Positions 51,533 through 62,369 of a stretch of 64,000 bases of DNA are shown here, in pieces; position 1 is the stretch's first letter, and the number at the start of each line of letters is the position of its first letter. Below the pieces are notes generated by a model. It did no database searches and was not told the origin of the DNA. It worked only from the letters and a program-made list of their open reading frames with translations. Source of the stretch: an uncultured Bacillota bacterium (GTDB lineage Bacteria; Bacillota; DTU025; MWDF01); contig CAWGMK010000005.1 in the NCBI GenBank assembly GCA_963823655.1, forward strand, positions 1 to 64,000. The letters are read 5' to 3'. Both the position numbers and the translations under genes were made by a program.

Positions 51533-52567
51533 TCAGCGCTGCACTCTTCCCGAAGCATCCCCTGCGGCGAGGGCTTTGACCTCAGCCACGCTCACCAGGT
51601 TGAAATCCCCCGTTATGGTGTGCTTAAGGCAGGAGGCGGCAGCTGCGAAATCGATTGAGGGCTGCGGCCCCATCTCTGACAATATGGAGTAGATAAGGCC
51701 GGCCGCGAAAGAGTCTCCTCCGCCTACGCGATCCACGATATGAACATCATAGTGCTTTGAGAAGAAGGATTTGCCGCCCTCAAAGAGCATGCCGCCCCAG
51801 CCGTTATCTGAGGCCGACCTGCTTTCTCGAAGGGTGATGGCTACTTTATCGAAGCCGAACTTGTCGGTCAGCTTCTTTGCCACTTCAACGTAGGCTTCGC
51901 TGGACAGCTCCCCCTTGGTGACGTCCGTGCCTGTGGCTTTGATGCCGAACACGCTGTCAGCGTCCTCCTCGTTTCCGATGAGCACATCGACGTAGGGCAT
52001 TAGGTTCTCCATGACGCTCCTGGCCTTCTCCTTGCTCCAGAGCTTCTTTCTGTAGTTGAGGTCGGCGCTAACTCTTATGCCGAGCTCCTTGGCCACTTCA
52101 AGGGCCTCTAGGGTGACTTCTGCTGCCGAGTCTCCGAGAGCCGGCGTAATGCCTGTGAAGTGGAACCAGTCAGCGTCCTTGAAAATCTTCTCCCAGTCGA
52201 AGTCCCCAACTTTGACCTGGGATATGGAGGAGCCGGCGCGGTCATATATCACCTTGGAGGCGCGCTGGGAGGCGCCGTTTTCACAGTAGTAGAGCCCGAG
52301 CCGGTCGCCTGCGCGCAGAATGGAGTCGGTTTTCACGCCATAGTTGCGCACAGAATTGATGGCGCACTGGCCGATCTCGTGGTCCGGCACGCTGGTTACG
52401 AAGTGAGAATCCAGACCGAAATTAGCCAAAGATACGGCAACGTTGGCCTCGCCTCCGCCGTATGTGGCATCAAACGAATTCGACTGGACAAAGCGGCCGT
52501 AGCCGGGAGGGGAGAGGCGGAGCATTATCTCACCGAAAGTGACTACTTTAGCAGGTTTGCCGTTCAT
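51533..52567 (-). CDS. kdgK: 2-keto-3-deoxygluconate kinase (PfkB family)
   Basis: FGEIMLRLSP, YGGGEANVA, GASQR.SKV.YDR, HFTGITPAL, DLNYRKKLW, DRVGGGDSF, GRVQR. Confidence 0.88.
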   Translation of the reverse strand: MNGKPAKVVTFGEIMLRLSPPGYGRFVQSNSFDATYGGGEANVAVSLANFGLDSHFVTSVPDHEIGQCAINSVRNYGVKTDSILRAGDRLGLYYCENGASQRASKVIYDRAGSSISQVKVGDFDWEKIFKDADWFHFTGITPALGDSAAEVTLEALEVAKELGIRVSADLNYRKKLWSKEKARSVMENLMPYVDVLIGNEEDADSVFGIKATGTDVTKGELSSEAYVEVAKKLTDKFGFDKVAITLRESRSASDNGWGGMLFEGGKSFFSKHYDVHIVDRVGGGDSFAAGLIYSILSEMGPQPSIDFAAAASCLKHTITGDFNLVSVAEVKALAAGDASGRVQR

Positions 52568-52764
52568 ATATGCCTCCTGATTAAACGCCGAAGGCGGAAT
52601 TGTCCTGTCACAAATCAATTATGCCATCTAAATGACCTTTAACCAAACCCTGAAGGGCTTAGAAAGAGTACGATTATTTGATAGCAGCAGGTTATGCTTA
52701 ATAAATGATAGTATTGAGATATTCCACAACAAGTATCAAACAATAACAATTACAAGTTGAGTCT

Positions 52765-55186
52765 ATGTTGGGAGGGTCTCGATTGTCCTTGCCGGATGCT
52801 GGCGCAATTATCGGCGGCGACGACCACCTGTTACCTTATCTGGAGGAAGCCTTTTCGAAAGCGCACGATGTTAGGATCATCGTCTCTTTCCTTATGGAAT
52901 CAGGGGGCGAAGATTATACTTCCCAAGCTTCAAGAAGCTGCAGGCAGAGGAACCAGCATAAAGATAGTTACCAGCACATATCTATCCGTTACAGAGCCAC
53001 CTGCGTTGTATCTTCTTATGGATGGACTGGGAGAAAGTGCCGACATAAGACTTTTCAACGAACCGGGTCGGTCATTCCATCCAAAAGCGTACCTCTTCGA
53101 CTACGGCGATTTCAAAGAAGCGTTCATCGGTTCATCCAATCTTTCAAGATCAGGCCTGACGACAGGGATTGAGTGGAATTACAGGATCAGGAGCTCCGAA
53201 ACAGAGTCAAACCACAGCGACATATCCAAGTTTAAAGAGGAATTTGACAACATCTATTCCCACAGATCCAGAGTCATGACAGAGGACCTGCTCAAGCAAT
53301 ATGCTATCTCCTGGAAGCAGCCCCAGCTCAGATTCGATCCGATTGCGGGGATGCCGATGAGCCCCATTTTCAAAGGGAAGATTGAGCCCAGGGGAATGCA
53401 GATAGAAGCACTGTATCATCTTAAAAAATCACGGGAAGATGAAGTAAGAAAAGGCCTAGTTGTTGCCCCTACCGGGATTGGGAAGACATACATTGCGGCT
53501 TTCGACTCAAGAAAGTTTAAAAAAGTCCTGTACATTGCCCACCGGGAAGAGATTTTGGCGCAGGCCAAGGAGTCTTTCGAGAGAATAAGGCCAGGTAACT
53601 CGACTGGTATCATTATGGGCAATCTTAATCAAGCAGATTCCGATATATGTTTTGCGAGCGTCCAGACTTTAAGCAAAGACGACAGGCTCAAGTCAATTCC
53701 CGAGGATAAATTTGACTATATTGTTGTAGATGAGTTCCATCATGCTGCTGCAGACAGCTATACCAAAGTGTTAGGGCACTTCAAGCCTCAGTTCACTTTA
53801 GGGCTTACTGCGACGCCTTACAGAATGGACAACAGGGATATCTTTACGCTATGTGATGACAACGTTATCTACGAATTGTACCTGAAGGAGGCAATAAACA
53901 GAGGATACCTCGCTCCTTTCAGGTATTACGGCATATACGACGAGGAAGCACATTACGAAAATATCCAGATAAGAAACGGGCAATATGACGTAAACCAACT
54001 TGAAAAGGAGCTGTCCACTCAAAATAGAGCCGATCTTGTACTTCAAAAATACAGGACCTTAGCAGGCGTCTCTACTTTAGGCTTCTGCGTCAGTATAGCT
54101 CATGCTGAGTATATGGCAGAGTATTTCACTGACAACGGGATAAGGGCCGTCTGCTGCCATAGCGGCGCCGAAAGAGGACGCTGTTACGTTGATAGGTCTC
54201 AAGCAATCAAGGGGCTCAAAGACAGGACAACTAGTGTTGTTTTTGCAGTCGACATATTCAATGAAGGTGTCGATGTTCCTTCATTGGACACGGTAATGTT
54301 CCTGAGGCCCACAGAATCTTTTGTGGTTTTCCTTCAGCAGCTGGGTAGAGGGCTGAGGAAAGATAAGGACAAGCCATTCCTTACGGTATTGGATTTCATA
54401 GGTAATTACAGAAAGGCCCACTATATACCATCTCTGCTTGCCGGGGAGAACCCATCTGCTGAGCGCGCCAAAGGGGTCAGGCCGACGGATTTGGAATTTC
54501 CGGAACTATGTCAGGTCAATTTCGATTTAAGGGTTTTGGATTTGTTCGATACATTGGCTAAGAACGATCCCTTACCTAAACGGATGAAGGACGAATACTT
54601 CAGGATCAAGTCATTTCTGAAAAGAAAGCCGACCAGAACAGACATTTATGAGGGATCGGACATACCTTTTAGGGTATTTGTAAAAGAAGGCTGGCTTAGA
54701 TTCCTGGAAAGCTGCGAGGAGTTGGACGTTACTGAAGCAGAGTGGCTTAACAGCCCAGTCGAGGAATTCCTAAAGAGCGTGGAGAAGACATCATTCACAA
54801 AAGCATATAAAGTTCCGACGATACTCTCGTTCGTGGATGAGAACGGAGATATGAGGGGCGATGCCGCCCTAGATGCGATAGGCGCGAAGATGAAGGCATT
54901 TTACGAAAGCAATCCAATCTACGGAAGGGATATGACTGACGCAAAGAACAAGGATTGGCGCAGATGGGACATTAAGAAGTTCGCCAGGCACGCTGAGGAG
55001 AACCCTGTCCACTTCCTTTCCTCATCGGAAGACAGCTTCTTCCACTATGATAAGGTTAACAAGGTGTTAGCATTGGATGAGTCGCTGGTCCCGTTCATAG
55101 GTAGGAAGCTTGCAGCGCACATCTTGGACATTTTAAAGCAGAGGACAATAAATCATTTTGCCACTAGGTACAGAGAGAATGGCTGA
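52765..55186 (+). CDS. PLD-nuclease plus SF2 helicase protein (SauUSI/type IV restriction-like), one frameshift near 52905
   Basis: True N-terminus is in ORF 52765 (IIVSFLMESG), joined through a GGGGG run. PLD motif FHPKAY...IGSSNLS; helicase motifs APTGIGKT, DEFHH, LTAT, DIFNEGVD, QQLGRGLR. Confidence 0.85.
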
Positions 55187-55202
55187 GCCTTGAGGAGGGC
55201 AT

Positions 55203-55520
55203 ATGTCTACGATAATCTTTAAGAAGCTTGTCAGGGACAGGGTACCCGAAATTATTAGAGAATCAGGCAAAGCATGTTGTGTTGAGCAATTGAGCGAAGA
55301 GGATTACATTACTGAGCTGTACAGGAAGTTAGATGAGGAGACTTCAGAATTCAAACAGAGCAGGAGCACTGATGAGCTCGCAGACATATTAGAAGTGATT
55401 TTTGCGATTTCTGAAGCGAGAGGGATTTCGGTCCGTGAGCTTGAGCAGAAAAGGCTGGACAAGGCGGAGGTAAGGGGAGCATTCAAGAAGAGGGTCTTTT
55501 TGATATCGGTGGAGGAATAA
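55203..55520 (+). CDS. All-alpha NTP pyrophosphohydrolase (MazG/phosphoribosyl-ATP pyrophosphohydrolase-like)
   Basis: KLVRDRVPEII, KLDEETSEF, ELADILEV, RGAF. Confidence 0.85.
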   Translation: MSTIIFKKLVRDRVPEIIRESGKACCVEQLSEEDYITELYRKLDEETSEFKQSRSTDELADILEVIFAISEARGISVRELEQKRLDKAEVRGAFKKRVFLISVEE

Positions 55521-55521
55521 A

Positions 55522-55887
55522 ATGCAAACATGTCCATTCTGCCAGAAGAGGGAAGTTATTGTTCAAAATGAGCTGGCTGAGGCTTTCTACGATGGCTATC
55601 CTGTATCGCCGGGCCATATGTTAATAGTCCCCAAGAGGCATATCAAATCTCTGTTTGAGGCCACAGTGGAAGAGAGAACTGCCCTTTGGGTACTGCTGTC
55701 CGAATGCAAGCGCATTTTGACAGAGGAACGCCAGCCTGATGGCTTCAACATCGGCATCAACGACGGAATCGCAGCAGGGCAGACAGTAATGCACCTACAT
55801 ATTCACCTTATCCCGAGATTTCTGGGAGACATGGATAATCCAAAAGGCGGAGTCAGAGGAGTAATACCATCTAAGCAAAAGTATTAA
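55522..55887 (+). CDS. HIT-family nucleotide hydrolase
   Basis: CPFC, YPVSPGH.L, AAGQTVMHLHIHLIPR, GGVRGVIP. Confidence 0.9.
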   Translation: MQTCPFCQKREVIVQNELAEAFYDGYPVSPGHMLIVPKRHIKSLFEATVEERTALWVLLSECKRILTEERQPDGFNIGINDGIAAGQTVMHLHIHLIPRFLGDMDNPKGGVRGVIPSKQKY

Positions 55888-55919
55888 TCTGAATTCCCAT
55901 TTTCTTGGTATAAATGGAC

Positions 55920-55964
55920 ACGCTCCGCCGAAGAAGGACAACTTCAAGGCGGAGCGTTTGTTTT
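55920..55964 (+). terminator. Intrinsic terminator
   Basis: ACGCTCCGCC...GGCGGAGCGT followed by TTGTTTT. Confidence 0.6.
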
Positions 55965-55980
55965 ATTAACGTGATTGCGA

Positions 55981-57501
55981 CTATAGGCTCTTGGCGAACG
56001 CCTCATAAACCCCGCCCTTGTTCAAAGCGCGGTACAGCTGTTGCTTCCTTGCCTGCAACTTATTATATTTGAGCACATCCTCCGCCACAGGAGAGAATAT
56101 CCTCGGCTCGTCGCTAATCATGCCCTTGAATGCCGCTTCTATATCGCTGTGAACTCCAAGCGTAACCCAGGCTATCATTGCAGCTCCAAGGGATGACGCC
56201 TCGCTGTTCTGGTACCTAGCAACCCTCTTGTCGTAGATATTTGACTGCATCTGGCAGAACAGGTCGGACCTGACCATGCCGCCCGCCACACTAACCTCCT
56301 CGAACTCACCGATCATCTTCTCGATGAGCCCCAAGTCATCGGAGATCTCCATGCCGATGCCCTCCTGAATTGCCCTGGCAAGTCCTCCCCTCTTGGTGTT
56401 CAGCCCTAGGTTGAAGAACAATCCCTTGGCAAGCGGGTTCCAGTATGGGGCGGCGCTTCCCTCGAAGTGGGGGATGAGCATCACCCCGTTTGCCCCGACC
56501 GCCGACTTTGCAGCATCTTCGTTCATCATCGGATAGGGGTTATCATATCCCTTAAGTTCTGGGTAGAACTGCTCCTTGAACCAGCGGTAGATGGAACCCG
56601 TGTTGAATATGCCGGCCTCAAGTATCCATTTTCCTGCCACGGCCGATGCCTGGCACAGCACTCTGCACTGCTTGTCGAATGCAGGTTTGGACGAATAAGC
56701 TATTACGAAAGAGCCCGTCCCTGTATTCGCCTCTGCGTAGCCCTGCCTAATTACATTAAGCGCGACTGCCGCGTTCTGCTGATCGCCGCCGCACATTATT
56801 ACGGGAATCCCAGCCTTAAGGCCGGTCCTTTTTGTTAAAGGCTCGAGCAGCCCTCCCGCGATGCTGCCCGGGGGCAACAACCTCGGAAGCTTATCCTGGT
56901 CTATGTCCGCAATCGCCAGAAGGTCCGAATCCCATGAGAACGTCTTGATGTTCATGAGCATAGTGCGGCAGGCCTGGCTCCAGTCCGTCTTGAACTCACC
57001 GGTGAGGAAGCTTACGACGTAATCCTGCACGCCGACCAGCTTCGCCGCCTTCGCATATATGTCAGGCCTGTTGGCTTTGAGCCACATGATCTTGGGAAGC
57101 ACGAAATATGGGTTGATCCTAAGGCCTGTCTTTTTGTAGAGCGCCGGCAGGCCATATGTCTCATCAAGCCTTGCGCACTCCTTGATCGTCCTCTTATCCT
57201 GCCACATCATCGCGTTAGAGATGTGCTTCCCGTCCGCACCGACCGGGATGAGGGACGATCTTTGGGATGTTACCGCAATGGCCTCGATTTCAAGCTTATG
57301 CTTTTTCGCATATTCCGCCGCATCCTTGAGCACCAGTGCCGAGGAATCAAGCCAGGTCTGAGGGTCCTGCTCTACATGGCCTGGCGCGGGGAATGTAGTG
57401 TGGTATTCGTAGCTGAAACTTTCCAACAATGAGCTGTCATCCGCATAGATGACGGCTCTCATGCTGGAGGTCCCAATATCGAGGGTAATCAGGTGCTTCA
57501 C
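55981..57501 (-). CDS. FGGY-family sugar(-acid) kinase (gluconokinase/xylulokinase-like)
   Basis: DIGTSSMR, EQDP, WQDKR, GGDQQ, GTGSF, APYWN. Confidence 0.88.
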   Translation of the reverse strand: MKHLITLDIGTSSMRAVIYADDSSLLESFSYEYHTTFPAPGHVEQDPQTWLDSSALVLKDAAEYAKKHKLEIEAIAVTSQRSSLIPVGADGKHISNAMMWQDKRTIKECARLDETYGLPALYKKTGLRINPYFVLPKIMWLKANRPDIYAKAAKLVGVQDYVVSFLTGEFKTDWSQACRTMLMNIKTFSWDSDLLAIADIDQDKLPRLLPPGSIAGGLLEPLTKRTGLKAGIPVIMCGGDQQNAAVALNVIRQGYAEANTGTGSFVIAYSSKPAFDKQCRVLCQASAVAGKWILEAGIFNTGSIYRWFKEQFYPELKGYDNPYPMMNEDAAKSAVGANGVMLIPHFEGSAAPYWNPLAKGLFFNLGLNTKRGGLARAIQEGIGMEISDDLGLIEKMIGEFEEVSVAGGMVRSDLFCQMQSNIYDKRVARYQNSEASSLGAAMIAWVTLGVHSDIEAAFKGMISDEPRIFSPVAEDVLKYNKLQARKQQLYRALNKGGVYEAFAKSL

Positions 57502-57524
57502 TGGTAAACCTCCAAATAATCTTA

Positions 57525-58908
57525 CTAGACCAGGCCGGGCAGCACGCCGCTTAGCAGATGGAGGATGACGATCATCACCAGAGCTACTAGGCCTGCTATC
57601 GTTCCGCCTATCGTCCAGGTCTGGAAGGTCTGCTTAATATCGAATTTCGAGAAGCGGTTCACTACCCAGAAGCCGGAGTCGTTCGGAAGTGATACTCCGA
57701 TGCCGCCTGCGCATATCGCAAGGCCGACGAGCACTGGGGATACTCCGGTAAGACCGCCAACGAGAGGTCCCATAAGAGCGGAGGTTGTTACTAGAGCAAC
57801 GGTTGTCGAACCCTGTGCTGCGCGCAGTACCTGGCTGATCACCCATGCCGAGATGATGAACAGCAGGCCGATGCTCGCGCCTGTTGCCATGCCCTGCATC
57901 TTCTCGAGCAGGAGCTTGCCGATGCCGGTCTCGTTAATGACTTTGCCGAATGCTCCGCCTGCGCCGGTGATTGCGAGGATTACGCCAGACTGGGTGCAAG
58001 CGTCGGTGATGACTTCGCCGAAACCGCGCTTGAGGTAGGGGCTGAGCATGAAGTAGGCCACTAAGACACCGATGAGAAGGGCGATGTTCTTGTTGCCAAG
58101 GAAGTTAAGGACATTGTAAGCTGTGCTGCCCTTCGTGAGGAATACCTGAGGAGACGGTGCCGAGAAGGATTATCGCGATGGGAAGGAAGATAAGGAACAG
58201 GCCCAGGGCGCCGGACGGGCGCTTCTCTTTCTTCGAGGCGGGCTTTACTTCCTCTTCGTCAGCGAAAGCATCGGCGAAATCTGTTGCGTACTTCTTGTTC
58301 TTGCCCAGCATCTTGCCGTATAAGACGCCGCCAATGAGCGCTGCGGGCAAGGATACTACAATCGAATAAAGGACGAACCAACCGAGGTTTACTCCCATGT
58401 TGCCTGCGACCGCCAGAGGTCCGGGTGTCGGGATGACCAATGCATGTGTCGTGATAAGGCCTATTGCAAGGGCAGTTACCAGGGATATGAACGGGATCTT
58501 GCCCTTCTTGGACATCTGCTTTACCAGGTTGATGAGGATGACGAATGCCGCATCGAAGAACACGGGGATCGATACCACATATCCGGTGAGGTTGATTGCG
58601 GTAACGGCGCCCTTCTGGCCCGTCATCTTGAGCATAAGGCCTGCAATCTCCTCGGTGCATCCCGTCTCATACAGAAGCTGTCCGAGAGCGACGCCGAGCA
58701 CGATAATTATGCCGATGCCCTCCATCGTGCCTCCGAAGCCGGTGGCAAGGAACTTGTTGATGTCCCCGAGGGCCATCTTGCTCAGAAGACCCATCAGGAT
58801 TGCGCCCAGTACCAGCGAGAGGAACGGGTGCATCTTGAACTTGATAATCGTCACTAGGACGAACAGGATGGAGACTGCGAAAGCTACGAGCAACCAGGTG
58901 AGTGACAT
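57525..58908 (-). CDS. GntP-family sugar-acid permease, one frameshift near 58146
   Basis: HPFLSL, GFGGT, SIPVFFD, PTPGP, ITGAGGAFG, AQGSTTVA, NDSGFW. Confidence 0.87.
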
Positions 58909-58955
58909 GAAATTACCTCCTTAATTTACTCTATATGAATGCGGGTTCGCGAAAC

Positions 58956-59793
58956 CTAGTTGAAGAAGAGCATGTACTTCTTTACTACTTCTTTTACGTA
59001 CTTTGACCTGGTTAAGGCATACGGAGGAGAGGTGCGGCTGCTTGGCCTTTAGAAGCTCCGTTGTCTTCTCGACAGCGTATACGGAGATCTCGGTATTAAC
59101 ATTTATCTTGGTAATGCCGTTTTGGATGCACTCCTTTATGGTCCCCTCCGGGAGTGCCGGAGCCGCCGTGCAGCACAAGCGGGATGCCGCAAGCTGCGTT
59201 GATCTTCTTGAGTATGTCTACTCTTATGTTAGGTTCGCCCTTGTAGAGGCCGTGCACCGTGCCGATCGAAACCGCGAGGGCATCGACACCGGTGATCTCC
59301 ACGAATTCGCGCGCGCTATCGGGGTCGGTGTAGACCTGCTTGTCGTCCGTGCTGCCCTCATGTGATTTCTCGCCGGCGGCAAGGCTTCCAAGCTCTGCTT
59401 CAACGCTCACGCCGCAGGCATGGGCGACATCGCATACGGCCCTTGGTATTCTTGGCGTTCTGGGCGAAAGGAAGCGCCGATCCGTCATACATGACAGATC
59501 CGAATCCGGCCTTGATAGCCTGGAACACAACGTTCATGTCGGGGCAGTGGTCCAGGTGCATGCACACGGGTACAGAGTGATTTCTTGGCGAGGCTTTTGA
59601 CAATGGCCACGAAAGTGTCGAGTGACATATTCTCCAGGTACTTGGCGCCGAATGCGAGGATTACAGGCCTGTTTAGCTCCTCGGCCGCCTCTATCGCGCC
59701 TTTTACCGTCTCGTAGCTGTATACATTGAAGGAGCCTACAGCGTAATGTCCTTTTAGGGCATCATCGAGCATCCCCTTGAAGTTGGTAAGCAA
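58956..59793 (-). CDS. Class II fructose/tagatose-bisphosphate aldolase, four +1 frameshifts (near 59582, 59441, 59149, 59003)
   Basis: Fragments give FNVY, HLDH, SVMYDGS, VEAELG, IGTVHG, LVLHGGSG, KINVNT; reconstructed stop at 58956. Confidence 0.8.
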
Positions 59794-59969
59794 GTATCCA
59801 TACCTCCATCACGTTGAGTTTGAATGCTATTAAACGCCTTTGAAGGGAACTGCTGTGGTTGATTACACAATGACTGCCGGTATGATAGGTATTCACTAAT
59901 TTTCTAAAATTTCCTATATCTGCGGGCCCGCTTGAATATCTAATTCGCGCGGGCCTGTCAATCTGAGGC

Positions 59970-61064
59970 TTACTGAACGCTCTTAAGCCATGCCTTGAAT
60001 GCGGGGTTCTCCAGCACTTCGGGGTTGACTATGAAGCGCGCTTTGCCGCCGGTAAGCAGGGCTGCGATGTCTTCTGCGAGCATATAGGGGGAATTTGTCA
60101 GCGCGTCGGCCGTCGTGCCGGCGATATGTGTTGTAAGGGTTACATTGTCCAGCTTGAGGTAGGGGCTGTTGGGGTCTATCGGCTCGGTGGTGAACACGTC
60201 GAGGGCCGCTCCCATGATCTTCCTCTCCTCAAGGGCCTTCGCGAGAGCGTCCTGGTCCACCAGGCCGGCCCTGCCGGTGTTAATGAGGTATGCAGTGGGC
60301 TTCATGAGGGCGATCTCCTTGGCACCGATCATCTTCTTGTTGTCCTCTGTCAGGCGAGCATGTATCGTGACGAAGTCTGATTCCTTCATCAGCTGGTCGA
60401 GCTCGACCTTCTTGCAGCCTGTGGCCTCGACGGACTCCTTGCTTGCGTACGGATCATAGACTATGGCGTTTACTTCGAAGCCGGAGAGCTTCTTTGCTAC
60501 CAGGCGGCCGATATAGCCGAAACCGACTATGCCGACTGTCCTTCCGCCAAGCTCAGGCACCACGTCGGAGTTTACGAACTCCTTGCGCCATTTGCCGTTC
60601 TGTATAGCGTTGTGTGCCCTGGCGATATTGCGGCACTCGGCCAGCATCATGCCCACTGCGAAGTCCGATACCGCGTGCGAGTTGCGGCCCTGAACGTTGA
60701 ACACGAGCACGCCGCGCTTGGTGGCCTCAGCTACGTTTACGTTCTCGACGCCCGCACGGGAAACGCCTGCGATCTTAAGCTTGGGCATCGCGTCCATAAC
60801 CTTGCTGGAAACGGGCAGGAAAAGGCCCATAAGAATTTCGGCGTCCTTGCCCTTGGCGAGGGATGCTTCGTCTATTGTGTCGACCTCAGGCCCGCGCTTT
60901 TCGATCTCAAGCCTTCTGTACTGCAGCTTATCCCAATTGGACTCCCAATCGCCTACTACTACGTCATCACCGAATGCGCTAAGGTGCTTTTTCCAGGCTT
61001 TGCCGAAACCGGCGCCCGGGATCATAGCGTCGCCTAGCAGGATAGCCTTGATATTCTTTGACAT
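59970..61064 (-). CDS. D-isomer-specific 2-hydroxyacid dehydrogenase
   Basis: RAGVEN, GFGYIG, YDPY, INTGRAGL, ALDVF..EP, HIAG. Confidence 0.9.
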   Translation of the reverse strand: MSKNIKAILLGDAMIPGAGFGKAWKKHLSAFGDDVVVGDWESNWDKLQYRRLEIEKRGPEVDTIDEASLAKGKDAEILMGLFLPVSSKVMDAMPKLKIAGVSRAGVENVNVAEATKRGVLVFNVQGRNSHAVSDFAVGMMLAECRNIARAHNAIQNGKWRKEFVNSDVVPELGGRTVGIVGFGYIGRLVAKKLSGFEVNAIVYDPYASKESVEATGCKKVELDQLMKESDFVTIHARLTEDNKKMIGAKEIALMKPTAYLINTGRAGLVDQDALAKALEERKIMGAALDVFTTEPIDPNSPYLKLDNVTLTTHIAGTTADALTNSPYMLAEDIAALLTGGKARFIVNPEVLENPAFKAWLKSVQ

Positions 61065-61141
61065 AGAAATCCACCTCCGCCATATATTCTTATGTGTTGG
61101 ATTATCTTAATCGCTTGAGATGCCGCGACTTAGCTGAAAGC

Positions 61142-61192
61142 GTAGTAAAATTACTACAAGAAGAATATAGCGCGTAGTAAAACTTCTGTCAA
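61142..61192 (-). promoter_or_regulatory. Sigma-A promoter with two RpiR/HexR-like operators
   Basis: Minus strand TTGACA (61187-92)-17 nt-TATATT (61164-69); palindrome GTAGTAA-AA-TTACTAC at 61142-57 and degenerate copy at 61174-88. Confidence 0.7.
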
Positions 61193-61262
61193 CGGAATCT
61201 GGAAAAATCATACAGCCTTTGTGCAGGCACTATGATTGTGAAATAATTAATTAATGAAGTAA

Positions 61263-62121
61263 CTAGACTTTGTTAACCGCAACGGCGATCCTGGACTTCC
61301 TTATGTTCTCGGCTGCTTTTTCGCCCAACTTTACCATCATGCTTATGTGCAGGATATCGATGATTACCAGCTGTATTATGCGGGAAGTCATGGCATCGGA
61401 CCGAAATTCCGTCTCGAGCGAGGAGCTCAGGATAACGCAGTCTGCCCTGGTAGACAGGCTGGAGCGGGGATAGCTCGTAATTGCGCCCACAGGGCACTTC
61501 TGCTCCCTGGCGAAAGAGACGCCGCTTAATATTTCGCGGCTTTCGCCCGAGTGCGAGATTGCAATAAGCAGGTCGCGGTTAGTGAGGTTCATCGAGATTA
61601 TGTTGATGAGGTGGGGGTCGTTGCAGCATATCACGTTTAGGCCGAGCTTGAGCATCTTGTGGTAGAAATCGTTGGCGATCGCAGCCGACGCCCCGACGCC
61701 TATTATGAGGACCTTCTTGGCCTTCATTATCATTTCTATCATCTTCTCGACATCGGCAAGCTGTATGACCTGTCTGACTGTCGGTTATCGAGCGGACGGT
61801 CGACTGAAAAACCTTCTTCATTATGGTCTCGGTGCTGTCCTCCTGGGACACTTCCTCATATACGCCTGCCGACTTGCCGCCGGAGGTCTCCTGGGCGAGG
61901 TTTACGCGGAAGATCTGGTATGAGGAGTAATCGAGCTTGTGAAGGAAGCGGATTATCGTGGTCTCGCTTACATTGCATGCCGTTGCCACGTCGTTGAGGC
62001 TGCCCAGCATCACTGTCTTGGGGTTATTGAGAACATAGTCCGCAATCGTCTTCTGATTGGGAGAAAGCGTATTGTATCTGGTCCTGATAAGGCCGAAAAC
62101 GGAAGTTGGCATGGACATCAT
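61263..62121 (-). CDS. MurR/RpiR-family transcriptional regulator, one frameshift near 61775
   Basis: HTH VSETTIIRF..KL and SIS domain GVGAS, ISHSGES. Confidence 0.87.
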
Positions 62122-62369
62122 CGCAACATTAGGTTAACAGAAGTAAAACTACGGGGTAAATAGCAATGATAGAAATAATACAATTTTTGCCGTTAATTAG
62201 CCAAGTTAAGCCAAGAATTGTGCAGAATGGCCCTCCCCGATCTTATACGAAGGACAAAAGGCCGCCTTTCAAATATAATTGAATGAACGCGAAATTCCGG
62301 GTGCCGGCTCAAAGTGGCAATTGCCCTGCCGGCAGACTGAAATGACACAACAAAGCTTCGGAGGAAAAT

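Noticed and set aside
52757-52905. ORF-track N-terminus MSLCWEGLDC of the helicase
   Set aside because: Wrong frame; the PLD-domain start (IVSFLMESG) lies in the overlapping 52765 frame.
3813-62121. Programmed frameshifting or phase variation in the split genes
   Set aside because: The shifts fall in runs of 2-5 bases in unrelated genes with no recurring slippery motif; sequencing error is simpler.
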